64,000 bases of DNA from an uncultured Verrucomicrobiae bacterium (GCA_963735805.1 CAVTMK010000002.1:1-64000), one strand, 5' to 3'; numbered from the stretch's first letter, positions 47,551 to 58,411 are shown. The notes: generated by a model not told the origin, from the sequence alone. Program-made: numbers and translations.

Positions 47551-50004
47551 GTGGTCGCTGGTCTAACAAGCGCGGAAGCCCAAAGACGTCTGGCCGAATT
47601 TGGGGAAAACCGAATAAGCAGTCAACGACGCACCGGAGCGCTCGCGCTTTTCATCGCCCAATTTAAGAGCCCGATTATTCTGATTTTGATTGGCGCGGTG
47701 ATCGTGTCCCTGTTCTTGCAGGACCGCACGGATGCAACCTTGATTCTCGCAATCGTGCTGGCGAGCGGCGTGCTCGGATTCTGGCAGGAATATGCCGCCA
47801 CCGATGCGGTGGCGAAATTGCGCGCGCTCGTCGAGACAAAGACACGCGTCTTGCGCGATGGCGCTGAAGCGATCGTTCCGCTGGCGGATGTTGTGCCCGG
47901 TGATGTGGCGTTGCTTTCCGCTGGAGCAATCATTCCCGGTGATGGGCGTTTGCTCGAAGTCCGCGAGCTATTCGTCAACGAAGCCGCTCTCACAGGTGAA
48001 ACATTCCCAGCGGAGAAAAGCGTTGCCGGACCCTCAATGGCGGACAATCCCAAAGCGGAAGTTTACCTCGGCACGAATGTGGTGAGCGGTTCGGGCAGAG
48101 CCGAGATCGTCGCTACAGGCAAGAACACGCGATTCGGTAAAATTGCGGAGCGTTTGCAGTTGCGCCGCCCGGAAACAGAGTTCGAACGCGGCGTGAGGCG
48201 GTTCGGCTATCTACTCGCGCAGATCACGCTCTTACTGGTACTCGCGATCTTTGCCTTCAACGTCTTCCTGCACAAACCGGTATTCGATTCGTTTCTGTTC
48301 GCGCTTGCGCTTGCCGTTGGGCTGACGCCACAACTGCTTCCGGCGATCATCACGATCAATCTTTCTCACGGTGCGCGGCGGATGGCACAGCAAAAAGTGA
48401 TTGTGAAACGCCTGGCTGCTATCGAGAACTTCGGAAGCATGAATGTGCTCTGCTCGGACAAGACCGGGACGATCACAGAAGGCATAATAGACGTTCACGC
48501 GGCGGTGGACGCCCGCGGCGCGGAATGCGAAAAAGCGATGTTTTACGCGTACCTCAATGCCTCAAACGAAACCGGGTTCATTAATCCAATCGACGAAGCA
48601 ATTCGTGCGCATCCGGCGTGGGACTGCACTGGCTGGAACAAGCTCGACGAGCTTCCCTACGACTTTGCTCGAAAACGGTTGAGCATTCTTCTCGAAAAAG
48701 AACGGCGGCACGTACTGATTACGAAAGGAGCGCTGCGGCAGATTCTGGAAATCTGCTCGGCCATCGAGCGCAACGACGGTACGCGAGACAAGATCGACAA
48801 TGCGCGCGATGAGATCGACGAACAACTGCGCACGCTCAGTTCGCAGGGATGCCGGGTGCTGGGCATCGCTTATCGCGAATGCGGTTCCGATATTTCCGCC
48901 ATCACTCACGAGACCGAAACCGACATGATTTTCCTGGGACTCGTGGCGTTGTCCGATCCACCAAAAGCCGGTATTGAATCCACTTTAAGCGAACTGCGCG
49001 ATCTCGGCATTCGATTAAAGATCATTACCGGCGACAACGTCTTGATCGCCACGCACCTGGCGCAGCAAGTAGGTCTGAACACGGAAAAAGTCCTCGCCGG
49101 GCGCGACATTCAAATGATGAGCGACGCCGCGCTCATTCCACGGGCGAGCGATGTCGATGTGTTTGCCGAAATCGAGCCTGGCCAGAAGGAGCGATTGATC
49201 CTTGCGCTTAAGAAAGCTGGTCATGTGGTTGGTTATATCGGCGACGGGATCAATGATGTGTCCGCTCTGCACGTTTCGGATGTGAGTTTGTCGGTTGATA
49301 GTGCTGTCGATGTTGCCCGCGAGGCGGCAGATTTTGTCCTCCTCGAACACGATCTTGAGGTTCTGGTCGACGGCGTGCGCGAAGGCCGGCGCACCTTTGC
49401 GAATACGCTCAAGTATGTCTTCATCGCCACGAGTGCGAATTTTGGAAACATGTTCAGCATGGCCGGCGCTTCACTGCTACTGCCATTTTTGCCTTTGTTG
49501 CCGAAGCAAATCCTACTCATCAATTTACTGACCGATCTTCCTGAGATGACCATAGCGAATGACAACGTTGATCCCGAGCTCACCGAGCGTCCGCGGCGCT
49601 GGGATATTCGTTTCATTCGCCGCTTCATGATTGTATTTGGTCTGGTGAGCTCCGTTTTCGATTTCCTGACTTTCGGCGTTTTGATCTGGTTAAACGCAAC
49701 CATTGAACAATTTAGGGCCGGCTGGTTCATCGAATCAATCGCCTCAGCGGCTCTAATTGTCCTCGTCGTGCGCACGCGTCGTCCATTTTTCAGAAGCCGT
49801 CCCAGCAAACTACTCGCGCTAGCCACGCTGGTCGTCGTCGTTGTTGCCGCGCTGATACCGTATCTTCCGTTTGCATCCGTGCTGGGTTTTCAAACCATGC
49901 CAGGGCATTTTTATCCGATCATAACTTTGATCGTTTTCGCATATGTCGCAGCTGCGGAGGCGACCAAGGTTTTTTTCTACCGCAGGATCGCGAACGCGCG
50001 ATGA
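47551..50004 (+). CDS. mgtA: Mg2+-transporting P-type ATPase (P3B)
   Basis: AVGLTPQLLP, IENFGSM, DKTGT, DPPK, SANFGNMFS. Confidence 0.9.
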   Translation: MVAGLTSAEAQRRLAEFGENRISSQRRTGALALFIAQFKSPIILILIGAVIVSLFLQDRTDATLILAIVLASGVLGFWQEYAATDAVAKLRALVETKTRVLRDGAEAIVPLADVVPGDVALLSAGAIIPGDGRLLEVRELFVNEAALTGETFPAEKSVAGPSMADNPKAEVYLGTNVVSGSGRAEIVATGKNTRFGKIAERLQLRRPETEFERGVRRFGYLLAQITLLLVLAIFAFNVFLHKPVFDSFLFALALAVGLTPQLLPAIITINLSHGARRMAQQKVIVKRLAAIENFGSMNVLCSDKTGTITEGIIDVHAAVDARGAECEKAMFYAYLNASNETGFINPIDEAIRAHPAWDCTGWNKLDELPYDFARKRLSILLEKERRHVLITKGALRQILEICSAIERNDGTRDKIDNARDEIDEQLRTLSSQGCRVLGIAYRECGSDISAITHETETDMIFLGLVALSDPPKAGIESTLSELRDLGIRLKIITGDNVLIATHLAQQVGLNTEKVLAGRDIQMMSDAALIPRASDVDVFAEIEPGQKERLILALKKAGHVVGYIGDGINDVSALHVSDVSLSVDSAVDVAREAADFVLLEHDLEVLVDGVREGRRTFANTLKYVFIATSANFGNMFSMAGASLLLPFLPLLPKQILLINLLTDLPEMTIANDNVDPELTERPRRWDIRFIRRFMIVFGLVSSVFDFLTFGVLIWLNATIEQFRAGWFIESIASAALIVLVVRTRRPFFRSRPSKLLALATLVVVVVAALIPYLPFASVLGFQTMPGHFYPIITLIVFAYVAAAEATKVFFYRRIANAR

Positions 50005-50023
50005 GGTTATGGCACACCGGCCG

Positions 50024-50058
50024 CAATATTTGCGCAGTTAAAGCCAAGTTGCGGTTAT
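50024..50058 (+). promoter_or_regulatory. Island operator 7 (more degenerate)
   Basis: CAATATTTGCGCAGTTAAAGC CAAGTTGCGGTTAT; CATGCT at 50079. Confidence 0.6.
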
Positions 50059-50105
50059 CGCCGAAGCCCGTGCCGAACCATGCTTCGACTGACAAAGGAG
50101 GCATT

Positions 50106-50288
50106 ATGAAAAGAGTTGTACTAACAGTTCTCGAACCAGCGAACATGACTTTACTGCTCGCGTTCACAATCGGTTTCGGCATCGCGGTGCACCCCGTGTT
50201 CTTTCTCGCGGCTTTGCTGCTAGCGATCGCCGCGCTTGTCGAAGCAGTTGCTAACGCGACTGGCCAACTGACGCATCGGCATCCGTGA
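50106..50288 (+). CDS. 60-aa hydrophobic membrane microprotein
   Basis: Strong SD AAGGAGG; two hydrophobic segments; stop overlaps the next GTG. Confidence 0.7.
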   Translation: MKRVVLTVLEPANMTLLLAFTIGFGIAVHPVFFLAALLLAIAALVEAVANATGQLTHRHP

Positions 50289-51085
50289 GACCAACAGGAG
50301 CGACCACTCAGGCTGCCAAAGACCACGCGGCGCCCTTCCTCGCATCGAGGTGGACAATCGCGTTGATCGCTGCGCTGCTGCTTTCAATCGGCGCATCTTC
50401 GTTTCTGTACGCTATCCACTTGAAATCGGAAACCGGTGAAAAGAGTCGCACCGGCCAGAGCGAAAAAATGGGAAAGCTTGGCGAGGTCGATCGCGGCCCG
50501 CGCGGCAAGAAAGAGATCGCGCTCACGTTCGATGCGGGAGCTGAAGCCGAGTGCTTTGACGATTTGATCACAGCCCTCGCGAACACACATGCCAGCAGCA
50601 CGTTCTTCATAACGGGAAGATTCGTCCATGACCATTCAGACTGCACCGCGGAAATCACAAAGCATGGTCACGAAGTTGGAAATCACACCTGGAGTCATCT
50701 GAATTTGACCCAGCAACCGGATAATGTGGTGCGCGATGAAATCATGCGCGCCGAAGGCGCCATTTTTCAAGCCTCCGGGCAAACTCCGAAACCCAGATTC
50801 CGGGCCCCGTACGGAATTCGGGATGAACGCGTCTTGAAAATTGCGAACAATCTCGGTTACCGATCAATCCAGTGGACCCTCGATAGTCTCGATGGAGTCG
50901 AGCCTGCAAAGAGTTCGCAGTTCCTCATCGATCGGATCACCAGCAAAAGCGACGCCGAACTCGACGGGGCAATCATTTTAATGCACGTAGGCGTTCGCAG
51001 CACTGCGGACGCGTTGCCGGCAATTATCGCCAATTTGCAAGGGCGGGGTTTCCATCTCGTCACGATCTCCGACCTTTTGCAATGA
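50285..51085 (+). CDS. Polysaccharide deacetylase (CE4/NodB), membrane-anchored
   Basis: LTFDAG, NHTWSH, FRAPYG, IILMH. Confidence 0.88.
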   Translation: MRPTGATTQAAKDHAAPFLASRWTIALIAALLLSIGASSFLYAIHLKSETGEKSRTGQSEKMGKLGEVDRGPRGKKEIALTFDAGAEAECFDDLITALANTHASSTFFITGRFVHDHSDCTAEITKHGHEVGNHTWSHLNLTQQPDNVVRDEIMRAEGAIFQASGQTPKPRFRAPYGIRDERVLKIANNLGYRSIQWTLDSLDGVEPAKSSQFLIDRITSKSDAELDGAIILMHVGVRSTADALPAIIANLQGRGFHLVTISDLLQ

Positions 51086-51771
51086 AAACCTCATCAACTT
51101 TGCGTCTCCGCGCTCGCCAACGGCTTATTCGTAGAATTCTGGTTCCGGTCGACTTCTCGGACTGTTCACTGGCAGGTCTAAGGTATGCGGTTCGATTCGC
51201 CAAGAAGGTGGGTGCACGCATCATCGTCCTGCACGTCACTGATCTCGGCCCGGTTATGATGACCAGTGGCGGCGGCGATTACGATTCGTCGACTTATATG
51301 GAAGCGGCGCGGCGTCGATGTGGCGATCAGATGCAAGCTTTTCTGAAGCGCGTCGATTGCGGTGGTGTTCCAGTCGATACATCGGCGGTTGCCGGATACT
51401 GCCCGGTCGCGATTTATGAAGCCGCTGCAAAGAAACATGCCGACTTGATTATTATCTCGACGCATGGGCGGACTGGTTTGCGTCGTGCGCTGATTGGCAG
51501 CGTCGCTGAAGGCACAGTGCGACATGCCGCGTGCCCGGTGCTCGTTGTGCCGTCGTTTACGGGTGAGCGGAAAAGAGGCGGTAAACAAAACCGCGCGCCG
51601 GCGAGGCCTCGCAACAGTTGGCAAAAAGTCACGCACATAGCGAAGTCAAATCCATCTGCGACCGCTCAGGGAGCACCGAAACCGAAACAAAGCGGGCGAG
51701 CAAGAAATGCGCGGCAAATCGCAATCGCTGCGAAGCGTAAATTTGCACGCAGCGCAAGAGTTCAAACATGA
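51082..51771 (+). CDS. Universal stress protein (single) with basic tail
   Basis: ILVPVDFS...STHGRTG...GSVAE; about 70-aa basic extension. Confidence 0.9.
   Translation: MKTSSTLRLRARQRLIRRILVPVDFSDCSLAGLRYAVRFAKKVGARIIVLHVTDLGPVMMTSGGGDYDSSTYMEAARRRCGDQMQAFLKRVDCGGVPVDTSAVAGYCPVAIYEAAAKKHADLIIISTHGRTGLRRALIGSVAEGTVRHAACPVLVVPSFTGERKRGGKQNRAPARPRNSWQKVTHIAKSNPSATAQGAPKPKQSGRARNARQIAIAAKRKFARSARVQT
51701..51735 (+). promoter_or_regulatory. Island operator 8 (within the USP tail coding sequence)
   Basis: CAAGAAATGCGCGGCAAATCG CAATCGCTGCGAAG; ATG at +46 (51768). Confidence 0.78.
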
Positions 51772-52154
51772 AGACAACAGTTATGCTTCTACTAACCAAC
51801 GATAACGGATTGGAAGATCTCGTTGCCAAAATTCTGTCGGAGATTGGCGGTGTGAGCCATCTCACACACGCCGCGGGCGAGGCGTTAGAAATTATCTGCG
51901 GCGTGCACGACCTCGATCTTGCCATAATCGACTTCGAACATGGCGCCCACGGAATAACGCTGCTCAGCGCGATCACCACGGTGCGAGAAGATCTTCCTGT
52001 AATCGTGATTACCCACGACGACGAACAACATGTCGAAGCGCTGGCCTACGCCAATGGGGCTGCGGCTTGCTTTCCAAAAGCAGTGTTGGCGACAGAGTTG
52101 GCGACCGCGATTCGCAAATTACAACGGCCGCAACCAGAACTGGCTCACGCTTAA
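51768..52154 (+). CDS. Stand-alone response-regulator receiver domain
   Basis: DLAIID phospho-Asp, PVIVIT, GA..CFPK. Confidence 0.8.
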   Translation: MKTTVMLLLTNDNGLEDLVAKILSEIGGVSHLTHAAGEALEIICGVHDLDLAIIDFEHGAHGITLLSAITTVREDLPVIVITHDDEQHVEALAYANGAAACFPKAVLATELATAIRKLQRPQPELAHA

Positions 52155-52172
52155 CCAAAGGAGAACGCGGCA

Positions 52173-53237
52173 ATGGAAAAGATGAAAGCCAACGTTTTCC
52201 ACGGACCAAACAATATCCGCATCGAAGAAGTGCCGCGCCCGCATGCTGGCGCTGGCGAAGCGGTCATTCGGATTACGCTCACGACCATTTGCGGGACCGA
52301 CCTTCATATTCTACGGGGCGAATATGCCGTGAAACCCGGACTCGTAATTGGACACGAACCGGTCGGCGTGATCGAAGAACTCGGCGAAGGATTGTCCGGA
52401 TACAAAATCGGCGATCGCGTGCTCGTCGGCGCCATCACACCTTGCGGTCAATGCCGCGCCTGTTTGTCTGCACAATGGGCTCAATGCGGGCACGGTGAAG
52501 GTGTCGAAGCAATCGGCGGCTGGCGTTTCGGCAACACCATCAATGGCGCGCAAGCTGAATATCTTTTGATTCCGAACGCGCAGGCAAATCTCGCGAAAAT
52601 TCCAGACAAATTGAGTGACGAACAGGTCGTGCTGCTTGCCGATATCGCTTCCACCGGATTCAGCGGGGCCGAATCGGCCGACATTCATATTGGAGATACG
52701 GCGGCCGTTTTTGCACAGGGACCAATCGGTCTGTGCGCGACGGCAGGCGCAAAATTGATGGGTGCTTCATTCATCGTCACTGTGGAAAGCGATCCCGTCC
52801 GGATGAAAATGTCGCAGCGGATGGGCGCCGACGTCGTGCTTGATCCAAAACAGTGTGACGTCGTTGCGGAGATCAGGAAGCTGACCGGAGGCGGGGCGGA
52901 TGTGGCGATTGAAGCGCTGGGGCTTCAGGAGACATTTGAAAATAGTCTTCGTTGTCTGCGTGCAGGCGGGACGTTGAGCAGCCTCGGCGTTTACTCGGGA
53001 AAACTCCAAGTGCCTTACGATGCCTTCGCTGCCGGCATTGGCGACTACAAGATCGTGACCACACTTTGCCCCGGTGGAAAAGAACGAATGCGGCGCTTGA
53101 TGTCGATGGTGCAATCGAAGCGCTTTGATCCGACGCCACTGCTGACGCACAGTTTCAAGCTCGATCAAATCGTCGAGGCGTACGAACTTTTTGGTTCGCG
53201 CCGCGAAGGTTGCCTCAAGGTCGCGATCCGGCCATAA
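52173..53237 (+). CDS. Zn-dependent alcohol dehydrogenase (MDR, FDH-like)
   Basis: CGTDLH, GHE, C..C..C...C structural Zn site, GPIG. Confidence 0.92.
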   Translation: MEKMKANVFHGPNNIRIEEVPRPHAGAGEAVIRITLTTICGTDLHILRGEYAVKPGLVIGHEPVGVIEELGEGLSGYKIGDRVLVGAITPCGQCRACLSAQWAQCGHGEGVEAIGGWRFGNTINGAQAEYLLIPNAQANLAKIPDKLSDEQVVLLADIASTGFSGAESADIHIGDTAAVFAQGPIGLCATAGAKLMGASFIVTVESDPVRMKMSQRMGADVVLDPKQCDVVAEIRKLTGGGADVAIEALGLQETFENSLRCLRAGGTLSSLGVYSGKLQVPYDAFAAGIGDYKIVTTLCPGGKERMRRLMSMVQSKRFDPTPLLTHSFKLDQIVEAYELFGSRREGCLKVAIRP

Positions 53238-53272
53238 GGATGTTCGGCTCGAATGCCGAATCCAGCGACACG

Positions 53273-54208
53273 ATGAAACGCATCCTGACTTTGACCATCA
53301 ATCCTGCGATTGATGCGAGCTGTTCGGTCGAAACCGTGTTTCCTGATCATAAATTGCGTTCGGGTCCGGTTTGTCACGAACCGGGCGGAGGCGGCGTGAA
53401 TGTCTCGCGGGCGATTCGCAATCTAGGCGGCGAATCGACGGTTCTTTATCTCGCCGGTGGACCTAGCGGCCAAATGCTCGGGTTGTTGCTGGACCGCGAA
53501 GGATTGATACACGAGGCCATATCAGTCGAAGATTGGACGCGGGAAAACCTCACAGTGACGGAACGGACGAGAGGGGCGGAATATCGTTTCGTTACGCCGG
53601 GTCCGAATTTACGCGCAGAGGAATGGCAAGCTTGTCTGGCAAGAATCGGCGGCCTCGATCCGATGCCTGACTTTGTTGTGGCAAGCGGCAGTCTGCCGCC
53701 AGGTGCGCCGGCTGATTTCTACGGGCGTCTGGCGAAGGTGGTTTCCGTGAAGCACAGTCGTTTTGTTCTAGATAGCTCTGGCGCAGCACTGGCAGAAGGT
53801 TTGCGAAGCGGCAGCGTTTATCTGACAAAGCCAAGTATGCGTGAGTTGCGCGGGGTGGTCGGACGCGAACTGATCCATGAAAAGGAGCAAGCAGAAGCAG
53901 CCATGGAGATCGTGAAAACCGAGCAGGCTCAAATCGTTGTCGTGTCGTTAGGCTTGGCGGGAGCGCTTCTGGTGACGGCGACAGGATGCGAACGCATTCC
54001 CTCACCGGCGGTCCCGGTGAAAAGCAAAGTGGGCGCCGGGGACAGTATGGTAGCGGGTATTGTGCTAGGTCTAGCTCGGGACATGCCCGTCCGCGATGCC
54101 GTCTGTCTCGGAATCGCCTGCGGCACCGCCACCGTAATGATGCCTGGAACCCAGCTTTGTCGGCGCCAAGATGCTGATCGTCTTTTCAGGCAGATACTCG
54201 ATGAGTAA
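53273..54208 (+). CDS. pfkB: PfkB / 1-phosphofructokinase-family hexose kinase
   Basis: TLTINPAID, PGGGGVNVSR, SGSLPPG, VGAGDSMV. Confidence 0.9.
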   Translation: MKRILTLTINPAIDASCSVETVFPDHKLRSGPVCHEPGGGGVNVSRAIRNLGGESTVLYLAGGPSGQMLGLLLDREGLIHEAISVEDWTRENLTVTERTRGAEYRFVTPGPNLRAEEWQACLARIGGLDPMPDFVVASGSLPPGAPADFYGRLAKVVSVKHSRFVLDSSGAALAEGLRSGSVYLTKPSMRELRGVVGRELIHEKEQAEAAMEIVKTEQAQIVVVSLGLAGALLVTATGCERIPSPAVPVKSKVGAGDSMVAGIVLGLARDMPVRDAVCLGIACGTATVMMPGTQLCRRQDADRLFRQILDE

Positions 54209-54311
54209 TGAACCGAAGTTTGCGGCAAACTCTGCAAGCAAGTCTTGGAGCAGTTGTCCCAACCTCGTCTTTGAGAATTGCGCCATCGGTTAGCCAGCTT
54301 TCCCGCATGAC

Positions 54312-54346
54312 CAAGAAATGCGTGGAAATTCGCAATAACCGCGAAG
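54312..54346 (+). promoter_or_regulatory. Island operator 9
   Basis: CAAGAAATGCGTGGAAATTCG CAATAACCGCGAAG; CAAGCT at 54366. Confidence 0.8.
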
Positions 54347-54426
54347 GCAAAAGAACGTCGTTGGTCAAGCTAGACTCGACGTCAACAAACGGGACTAGTT
54401 TGGTTGCTGTTTAGAAAAGGATATTT

Positions 54427-56916
54427 ATGAAGAGCGGAGCCTCAGGGCGACAGTTGAAGGATTGGCCAAAATCCGACGCAGAAATGGAGCAGCTTGCCGG
54501 CAGCGTTACGCACAGCACTCCAGGTGGTCGCTACATCAAATGGTTTCGCGAAATCGGGATCCAAGATGTGCCGCTGGTCGGCGGCAAGACGGCGTCGTTA
54601 GGCGAAATGTTTCGCGAACTCGCGCCGAAGGGAGTCAAAGTGCCGGATGGCTTTGCCATCACCGCTGTCGGTTACTGGCACATTCTCCACGAGACTCAAC
54701 TCGATCAATTTATCGAGACACAACTTCGCGGCTTGGAAATTAACGATGTAAAGCAGTTGCAAAAACGCGGCGTGGCCATTCGTGACGCGGTTCTTGCCGC
54801 GAAGCTGCCCACCGATTTGCGTCGGGAGATTTTGGACGCCTACGATCAGTTATGCCGGGACTCCGACGGGCCCATTTCCGTTGCAGTCCGAAGCAGCGCG
54901 ACAGCAGAAGATTTACCCGAGGCCAGCTTCGCCGGCGCCCAGGAAACTTTCCTCAACGTGACCGGGCACGATCGCGTAATTGAGGCGTGCCGCCGCTGTT
55001 ACGCCTCGCTTTTCACTGACCGTGCAATCTCATATCGGGCTGAGCGAGGGTTCGCCCATGACAAGGTCGGTTTGTCAATCGCCGTGCAGACGATGGTGCA
55101 CTCGGACGTCGGTAGTTCGGGCGTTATTTTTACAATCGATACCGAGACTGGATTTCGCGACGCAATTTTGATCAACGCTTCATATGGACTTGGAGAAAAT
55201 GTCGTAAAGGGCTTCGTGAATCCGGACGAGTTCTACGTGTTTAAAACAACGTTGAAGACCGACTTTCGTCCGATTCTGCAAAAGATTGCAGGCAGCAAAG
55301 AATTAAAACTTGTTTACGATACAGTTGCTGCCGGCGGCACGCGCAATATTCCAGTCCCGCCCCAGGATCGCCGCCGCTTCTCGATTTCGGACGACGAAAT
55401 CCTTCAGCTCGCGCGGTGGGCCTGTATGATCGAAGAACACTACAGCGCAAAAAACGGTCGACCGACTCCAATGGACGTCGAGTTCGCCAAGGATGGCCGC
55501 ACTGGTGAATTATTCATTCTTCAGGCGCGGCCCGAAACGGTCGAATCCCGGAAGAACACGGCCGTAATGGAACATTACCGCCTCAAATCGCGTGGCTCAA
55601 TTTTGATCCAAGGACGAAGTGTTGGAATGAAGATCGCGGCCGGGGTAGTGCGAGTGATAGCCGATCCAAAACATCTCGATGATTTTCAGGAAGGCGAGAT
55701 TTTGGTCGCCGACAAAACCGATCCGGATTGGGAACCGATCATGAAACAAGCGGCGGCGATTGTGACCAATCGTGGCGGCCGCACCTGTCATGCGGCAATC
55801 GTCAGTCGCGAACTCGGAGTTCCGGCAATCGTTGGAACGGAACACGGCACAGAATTGTTGCGTAATGGACAAAGCGTCACCGTCTCATGCGCCGAGGGCG
55901 ATATCGGTTTTGTTTACGAGGGCAAGTTGCCGTTCGAAGTGCAGCGCACGAATCTGAAAGACCTCTCGCGGCCGCGGACAAATGTGATGATGAACGTCGC
56001 GAACCCAGAGGAAGCATTCGCGCTGTCGTTTATTCCGAATGATGGCGTCGGCCTGGCGCGCGAGGAGTTCATCATCAGCAACTACATTAAAGTGCATCCG
56101 TTGGCGTTGCTCGATTACGCAAAAATCACCGATCCCGAAGTCAAAGCGAACATTGACCACTTGACGGTCGGTTACGACGACAAACCGCAGTTCTTCGTGG
56201 ATAAACTTGCGCAAGGTGTGGCCATGATCGCTGCCGCATTCTATCCGAAGGATGTGATCGTGCGTTTGAGTGATTTCAAGACAAACGAATATGCAAATCT
56301 GATTGGTGGCCGCGCTTATGAGCCCATTGAAGAAAATCCGATGCTCGGTTTCCGCGGCGCGTCACGCTATTACAATGAAAGATATCAGGCAGGTTTCGCA
56401 CTCGAATGCCGCGCCATGAAAAAAGTCCGCGATGAGATGGGCCTGACGAATTTGAAACTGATGATTCCTTTCTGCCGAACTGTCGATGAAGGCCGCAAGG
56501 TCATCGCAGAAATGCAGAAGCACGGCCTCAAGCGCGGCGAGGCTGGCCTCGAGATTTATGTAATGTGTGAAATTCCCAGCAACGTCATTCTAGCCAACGA
56601 GTTCGCGGAGATTTTTGATGGCTTCAGCATCGGTTCGAACGATCTGACTCAACTCATTCTTGGCGTGGATCGCGACAGCGAGATCGTGGCCGATATTTTC
56701 GACGAACGAAACGCCGCTGTGAAAAAGATGATCTCTGACGTCATTGTAGTCGCACGCGCAAAACAACGAAAAATCGGCATCTGCGGCCAAGCGCCCAGCG
56801 ATTATCCTGAGTTCGCTCAATTTTTAGTGGAGCAAAAAATCGACAGCATTTCGTTAAATCCCGACACTGTCCTCCAAACCACGCGAGCGATTCTCGAAAC
56901 GGAAAAAGAGCGATAA
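54427..56916 (+). CDS. ppsA: Phosphoenolpyruvate synthase
   Basis: VGGK.ASLGEM, AVRSSATAEDLP.ASFAG, GGRTCHAAI phospho-His, FSIGSNDLTQ. Confidence 0.96.
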   Translation: MKSGASGRQLKDWPKSDAEMEQLAGSVTHSTPGGRYIKWFREIGIQDVPLVGGKTASLGEMFRELAPKGVKVPDGFAITAVGYWHILHETQLDQFIETQLRGLEINDVKQLQKRGVAIRDAVLAAKLPTDLRREILDAYDQLCRDSDGPISVAVRSSATAEDLPEASFAGAQETFLNVTGHDRVIEACRRCYASLFTDRAISYRAERGFAHDKVGLSIAVQTMVHSDVGSSGVIFTIDTETGFRDAILINASYGLGENVVKGFVNPDEFYVFKTTLKTDFRPILQKIAGSKELKLVYDTVAAGGTRNIPVPPQDRRRFSISDDEILQLARWACMIEEHYSAKNGRPTPMDVEFAKDGRTGELFILQARPETVESRKNTAVMEHYRLKSRGSILIQGRSVGMKIAAGVVRVIADPKHLDDFQEGEILVADKTDPDWEPIMKQAAAIVTNRGGRTCHAAIVSRELGVPAIVGTEHGTELLRNGQSVTVSCAEGDIGFVYEGKLPFEVQRTNLKDLSRPRTNVMMNVANPEEAFALSFIPNDGVGLAREEFIISNYIKVHPLALLDYAKITDPEVKANIDHLTVGYDDKPQFFVDKLAQGVAMIAAAFYPKDVIVRLSDFKTNEYANLIGGRAYEPIEENPMLGFRGASRYYNERYQAGFALECRAMKKVRDEMGLTNLKLMIPFCRTVDEGRKVIAEMQKHGLKRGEAGLEIYVMCEIPSNVILANEFAEIFDGFSIGSNDLTQLILGVDRDSEIVADIFDERNAAVKKMISDVIVVARAKQRKIGICGQAPSDYPEFAQFLVEQKIDSISLNPDTVLQTTRAILETEKER

Positions 56917-56920
56917 ATCT

Positions 56921-57847
56921 GTGAAAGAGAAAAACGAATCTCTGATCGTCTGTGGAACCGATTTTTCCGCGATGGCGACAGAAGCGGTTGACCTTGCAGC
57001 GGCGATGGCGAAACGCCTAGACACAAGACTTGTCCTTGTCCACGTCGACGAATCTTACGGAATGGCTTCAGTGGATTCCAAATTGTTCGACGCGGCTGTT
57101 GCGCACGGACGTCCTGAGCTCAATCAGATGGCGGATCGATTGAGGGAATTGGGAACTGACGTCGAAGTAAGGCTCCTTTGTGGGTCTGCGTTTGATAAAT
57201 TGGTAACAGTCGCAAACAAATCCCGAGCACGGCTCATCGTCGTTGGCGCAGTAGGACATAGTCTCGTTAGGCGATTGCTTGTCGGAAGCGTAGCTGAACG
57301 CACGGCTGAAACTTCGCCGATTCCCACCCTGGTGGTGCGTCCTGGTGGAAGGCTTCTCTCCTGGATTCAAGGTGAGCACGCTTTGAAAATTCTGGTCGGA
57401 TACGATTTCTCTGCTGCCAGCGATGCCGCTTTAGATTGGCTGAATCAGCTCCGAAATATTGGCAAATGCCAAATCACCGTACTCTACAGTAATTGGCCTC
57501 CGGACGAAGCGCGTCGGCTGGGATATGAAGGACCGCTGCCCCTGGCGGATAATCCGAAGGCGATTCAAAAGAATCTTGAGCGTGATTTGAAGAAACGCGT
57601 TGCGACGTTTCTGCCGAAGCAACAAGTAAACGCCATCGTAGAGCCCGGCTGGGGAAATCCGGAAGGATACTTGTTCGAAATGGCTGGCGGCCAACATATG
57701 GATCTGATCGTCGTCGGAACTCATCAGCGACGTGGCTTGGGCGGCATTCTTCTGGGGTCGGTTTCGCGTGCTGTCTTACATCACGCAAAAATGTCAGTGG
57801 CGGTCGTCCCTCCGGTTGAAAACGCCATGCGAAAATCAAAGGAATGA
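56921..57847 (+). CDS. Universal stress protein (tandem, divergent)
   Basis: CGTDFS...GSVAE and VGYDFS...GSVSR. Confidence 0.9.
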   Translation: MKEKNESLIVCGTDFSAMATEAVDLAAAMAKRLDTRLVLVHVDESYGMASVDSKLFDAAVAHGRPELNQMADRLRELGTDVEVRLLCGSAFDKLVTVANKSRARLIVVGAVGHSLVRRLLVGSVAERTAETSPIPTLVVRPGGRLLSWIQGEHALKILVGYDFSAASDAALDWLNQLRNIGKCQITVLYSNWPPDEARRLGYEGPLPLADNPKAIQKNLERDLKKRVATFLPKQQVNAIVEPGWGNPEGYLFEMAGGQHMDLIVVGTHQRRGLGGILLGSVSRAVLHHAKMSVAVVPPVENAMRKSKE

Positions 57848-58389
57848 GAACCAGACCATCAGGGCAGCGTCGTCGCGCCCGAATGGACCTACAACGTATA
57901 TTGGTGCCAGTCGATTTCTCGGAATCGTCCGCGGGCGCATTACGCCATGCCGTGGAACTCGCTGTGGAATCGGGCGGCTCGCTGATAATAGTTCACGTCG
58001 TTCCGTCTGACTACGGATGGTTGGGGATCGGGCGTGACGAATCACGCGATTTAGATCGCTCATTGCAGCGGCAGGCGGCAAATCGATTGGAGGGCTTGGC
58101 AGATGAACATGTAGACCACAAGGTGGTTGCGGAACTGGAGGTTCGTATCGGCCAGCCGGCAACACAGATCGCTGCTGCAGCGACTGACTCAAAATGCAAT
58201 CTGATTGTCATGGCGACGCATGGACTTACCGGGCTCGACCGGTATCTCATCGGCAGCGTTGCCGATCGGGTCGCGCGACTAGCTCCTTGTCCGGTGCTTC
58301 TAATCCCGCCTGTGAGGCGCCCGATTGTTGGAGCACTTCCATCCCAAACTGTCCTTCGGTTTAAACACAAACCCAAGCGGGGTCGCTGA
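57844..58389 (+). CDS. Universal stress protein (single)
   Basis: [27 protein letters not shown]. Confidence 0.9.
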   Translation: MRTRPSGQRRRARMDLQRILVPVDFSESSAGALRHAVELAVESGGSLIIVHVVPSDYGWLGIGRDESRDLDRSLQRQAANRLEGLADEHVDHKVVAELEVRIGQPATQIAAAATDSKCNLIVMATHGLTGLDRYLIGSVADRVARLAPCPVLLIPPVRRPIVGALPSQTVLRFKHKPKRGR

Positions 58390-58411
58390 GTCTGCGCAAG
58401 AATCTGCGGCC

